Assembly (NCBI GenBank): GCA_964252035.1
Contig: OZ176200.1
DNA: 64,000 bases
Source: Podarcis erhardii
Lineage: Eukaryota
Strand: one strand, 5' to 3'
The notes beneath the pieces are model-generated. The model was given only the letters and a program-made list of their open reading frames with translations. It searched no databases and was not told the origin of the DNA. Position 1 is the stretch's first letter. Every line of letters begins with the position of its first letter. Made by a program: the position numbers and the translations under genes. Of the stretch, positions 61,017 through 64,000 are shown one piece after another.

Positions 61017-63080
61017 TGTCCTTATGGTCAGCACAAAGGCATTAAATAGATTAAACAGGGGTGAACTGCCATTCTACATGGGATAGCTTCTAAAGTACAT
61101 GAACTCCCTTTTTAAGATCACCCCCAAAAGGTTCATACAATGAGTGTGTTCTCGGGGACAGTAGCTGTTGTGTGCATGATTAATGGGGTCAAACAATATC
61201 CAGTAAGTGCCCTTGTAAATCTGGCAGACACAAATACCCATACAGTAATTGTAGCTGCAAGTAATGCACCAATACCAGGCACAAAATCCATATTCCAACA
61301 TATATAAAAAACATAAAAATGTGCATGAAGATGTGAAGAACAAATGGGAAATGTGCATATATAGGATGCATATGCAAACATATGCGCACAGACACACCAG
61401 TTGTGCAAGTAAGCTTTTAGTATCACACAGAAAAATACAGACACAGCAGAAAATGGGTAAAGTAACCAATAGGTTAAGGCAGTCAATGTGGTTTCCTCCA
61501 AATATTGTTGGACTACAACTTCCAGCATCCCCGACCATTGAGCCATGCTGGCTGAGGCTAATGGGAGCTGGAGGTCAAAGGCTACTCATGGGTTAAAGGA
61601 AACACAACACAATGGATTTTAACACTTAAGAACAAAACAAAATCCTGTGCCTATATTTTATTATTTATATCCTGCCTTTCTTCTATTATATTTATATCCT
61701 GCCTTTCTTCTATGATGGAACTCAAGGCAACCCACACAGTTCCCTGGAAGTCTCCCATCCAGGCATTGCCCAAGCCCAGAACTTCTTGGCTTCATCCAAG
61801 CTATTGCATCCTGTATCTTCAAAAACACATCCTGAGACAAGGGAAGACTGAAAAAGTTCCAAGGTCAGCTTGCAAGAAGAAGTAGAGTTCTTTAGGAATC
61901 AGTCTTGGGAGTTATTTTATTAACTACATTTTCCCCCTTCCTTTTTTGTTTGCAACTTGGATTGCAAACAGGAAGAGTGTGGATTGAATTTTCCAATGAA
62001 ACCAAGCTGGGAGATGCCTATGAGAGACCACAAGGATTGGACAGTTATGCAAGATGAAACTAGGCAATCCAATGGATGGGAGGGAGTAGAAATATGTTCA
62101 CAAGCATCATGATGAAATGCAATGGCTGCGAATGTGGACTGAAGAAAACAAAGTGCCTTTTAACCCCAAGGAGCACGTAACCAGTTAACACAAGAGAGCA
62201 CTGAGGTGCCAAATGTACACAGGAAAGATAAAAAGAAAAACACACTTCCTGCTTCAGAGCAGGATCTGTTTTTTGCTTCAAGGCAAATGGCCCTTACCGA
62301 GTCTAAGCTGCCACGGTTGGAGTCCATGCCGTTGCTGTGGGAATTGCGCGAGGCCTCCTCCCCATTCAGGGGCTCAGCGGACGTGCTGCCAGCCTCTCCA
62401 CTGCCATCAAACTCCTCATGGTCATAGTCAGACTCCACATCTGGAGGCAAGCTGTAAATTGGCTCTTCCGAGTCCCCATTGTCACTCTGCAGGATTTCCG
62501 AGGCTGATTGGTAGATGCTTTCCATAGGCTGCTCCTTCTGGGGGCTTGCAGGTCTCTCTGTGGAAAGACACAGAGAGTTGCCCTCCTCGTTCTCTCCCTT
62601 CCTAGGCACTGGCATATTCGGAGAAGCATCTTCCTCGGAGTAATAGTTGTCACTGGTTCTGGTGCTGCTGTCCTGGTTCAGGAGACTTGGGCTGGGAACT
62701 GGTGGTCCCTCTTCATCTGCAGGAAAGCCCTCATCTTCTTCTTCCTCAGCCAGGGGAGCTACAAGGCTGCATTCAATGTTGAGGGTCCCTTCGTTGGACA
62801 GAGAGTGCTCGAAGCCTTGCACGCTCTCATCCAAATTTCCAAAATCCAGCAGCTCCAGGAACTCCTGCGCAACCCTGGACGCCTCCTTCTCCAGCCTCTG
62901 GATCTCCTCTTCCCGCTGCCGCTTTATCTCGTTCTTGGTGTTCTCACAGGTGATGTGGTCGGTCTTCTGCTGCCACTGCAGCTTCTCAATCTCCCTCTCC
63001 AGTCGCAGGATCTCTTCCATCTGACGCTGCTCCTCTTCCTGTAAAGGCTGGTCTTCCTCTTGGGTCCTTAGTGCCTCCAT
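45777..63080 (-). CDS. Unconventional myosin-X-like, tail half (PEST, PH x3, MyTH4, FERM); 5' part outside the window
   Basis: 15 in-phase GT-AG exons: 63080-62298, 60581-60458, 59666-59423, 58619-58524, 58160-58067, 56116-56061, 54593-54451, 53401-53207, 52477-52320, 50787-50664, 50020-49723, 49070-48863, 48658-48522, 48312-48186, 47803-47354, plus 46668-46477 and terminal 45890-45777 (17 segments in total). Motifs GGLMNPWRRRWCVLK, GTLDVGLIDSVCASD, LRDEVYCQLIKQT, VYCHGGGSCQITINSHTTAGE. AATAAA at 45426-45421. Confidence 0.95.
51940..52282 (-). mobile_element. Sauria SINE, full length
   Basis: Reverse complement of the 22505-22855 family. Confidence 0.92.
53606..53672 (+). repeat. (GAAA)n microsatellite
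   Basis: Perfect tetranucleotide run of about 16 units. Confidence 0.98.
54840..55620 (+). mobile_element. L2 LINE 3' portion, degenerate
   Basis: LVTSSLDYSNTLYMGLPL...LQLAPKAAARLLTGAGYREQTTSLLEQLH*, followed by tail sequence and AT-rich end. Confidence 0.85.
56805..57628. mobile_element. Composite hAT element, 824 bp (complete MITE + GC-rich cargo + second right end)
   Basis: Exact TSD CCCGTATC at 56797-56804 and 57629-57636; MITE copy 56805-56951 same family as 19937-20094; second right terminus about 57565-57628. Confidence 0.88.
57915..58010. mobile_element. LINE/SINE 3'-end remnant (related copy 63245-63430)
   Basis: gaacataagaagagcc...ggatcaggccaa.ggcccatcta.tc..gcatc..gttctc shared by both copies; family not determined. 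Confidence 0.55.
60977..61014 (+). repeat. (CA)n microsatellite
   Basis: Perfect dinucleotide run. Confidence 0.98.
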
Positions 63081-64000
63081 CTGGAAGAAAGGGTCACCCA
63101 AAGGGGCGCAGATGACAACTTTCAAAGATCAGCCTTAATGGAGTCACAGTAACAGATCTGAGAAAGCAGGAGCTTGCATGGCGCCCAAGTGGCACGCCCC
63201 TCTGCTCCCTGCATGTGCAACATTTCTTCTAATTGTTCTAAGGCATGAGAACCTAAGAAGAGCCCTGCATCAGGGCTGCATCAGGCCAATGGCCCATCTA
63301 ATCTAGCATCTTGTTCTCTCAAAAGTGACCAACCAAATGCCCATGTCAAGCCTCCAAGCAGGACCTGAGTGCAACAGCACTCTCTCACTCCTTGTGATCC
63401 TAGCAACTGGTATTCAGAGTAATACAGCCTCTAACAGTGGCTGGAGATGGGTCTTACTTAAAATTTTATGTCCTCGTAAAGTTTAAGGTGGTTTGAGAGA
63501 GGGTTACTGTTTTGTGATGGGAATGTTCACACCACTTTTGCCACTGGTCTTTGGCTGTTTTGTATTGTTTTTTAAAAAAAACCTGGCCTGTTTAACGAGG
63601 TACTCATGGGACAAAAGAACTAAACATCTGTACTGTACACCATGGGAAGCAAAGGCTCTCACAAGCACTTCCAACTCTCTTAAAAGGCTATGGTCTATCA
63701 CCAAGCCAGGTGACAATAGGCTGGATTCAAATGTGCCTTGGATGGAAGTGTCTTTGATCCACCAGAAGATCTCATTAATGAACAGGGGTCAGTAGGGATT
63801 TATTTATTTTTTTTGCAGATTCCACCTCTCAGCTGCAACTCCCTCACCATTTTAAAAAAATGTGCCCCTTGAGCCTCTATCTGGCTCAAGAGAGAAATTT
63901 CCACTGGCACCAATGCAAGCTTTCATTCAGAGCCGAATAGCAGCTGCCCCCCCCCCCCAGTATTTTTCAACAGGACTGTGGCACAAAAGAAAGAGGTAAC

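Noticed and set aside
60990-61600. Hydrophobic ORFs on both strands
   Set aside because: Arise from CA/TA-rich low-complexity intron sequence.
62508-63044. Plus-strand ORFs of 125-178 aa
   Set aside because: Antisense shadows of the large myosin exon.
1-64000. CRISPR arrays, rRNA genes, NUMTs, prokaryotic operons
   Set aside because: None seen; the window is intron-rich vertebrate DNA and its repeats are TEs or microsatellites.

Overview
Vertebrate genomic DNA from a squamate, most likely a lacertid lizard (Sauria SINEs, squamate L2 tails, hAT and Tc1/mariner MITEs). I built gene models by hand from GT-AG sites and phase continuity. In order: (1) 3' exons of an unidentified + strand gene ending at 8373, possibly AGBL2 by mammalian synteny; (2) complete MTCH2 (+, 13 exons, 301 aa, 11331-24313); (3) nested antisense in MTCH2 intron 1, an intact single-ORF secreted phospholipase A2 with group X-like 16-cysteine architecture (-, 11935-12483); (4) complete GLYATL3-like acyltransferase (-, 5 coding exons, 284 aa); (5) complete AIP (+, 6 exons, 330 aa); (6) the 3' half (15 exons) of a myosin-X-like gene (-, 45777-63080, continuing past the window). 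The standout is the uninterrupted, catalytically intact, strongly basic sPLA2 in MTCH2 intron 1, a probable functional retrogene. Two TSD-bounded hAT elements carrying internal cargo are next. No database searches were run; family names rest on recalled sequences and motifs.
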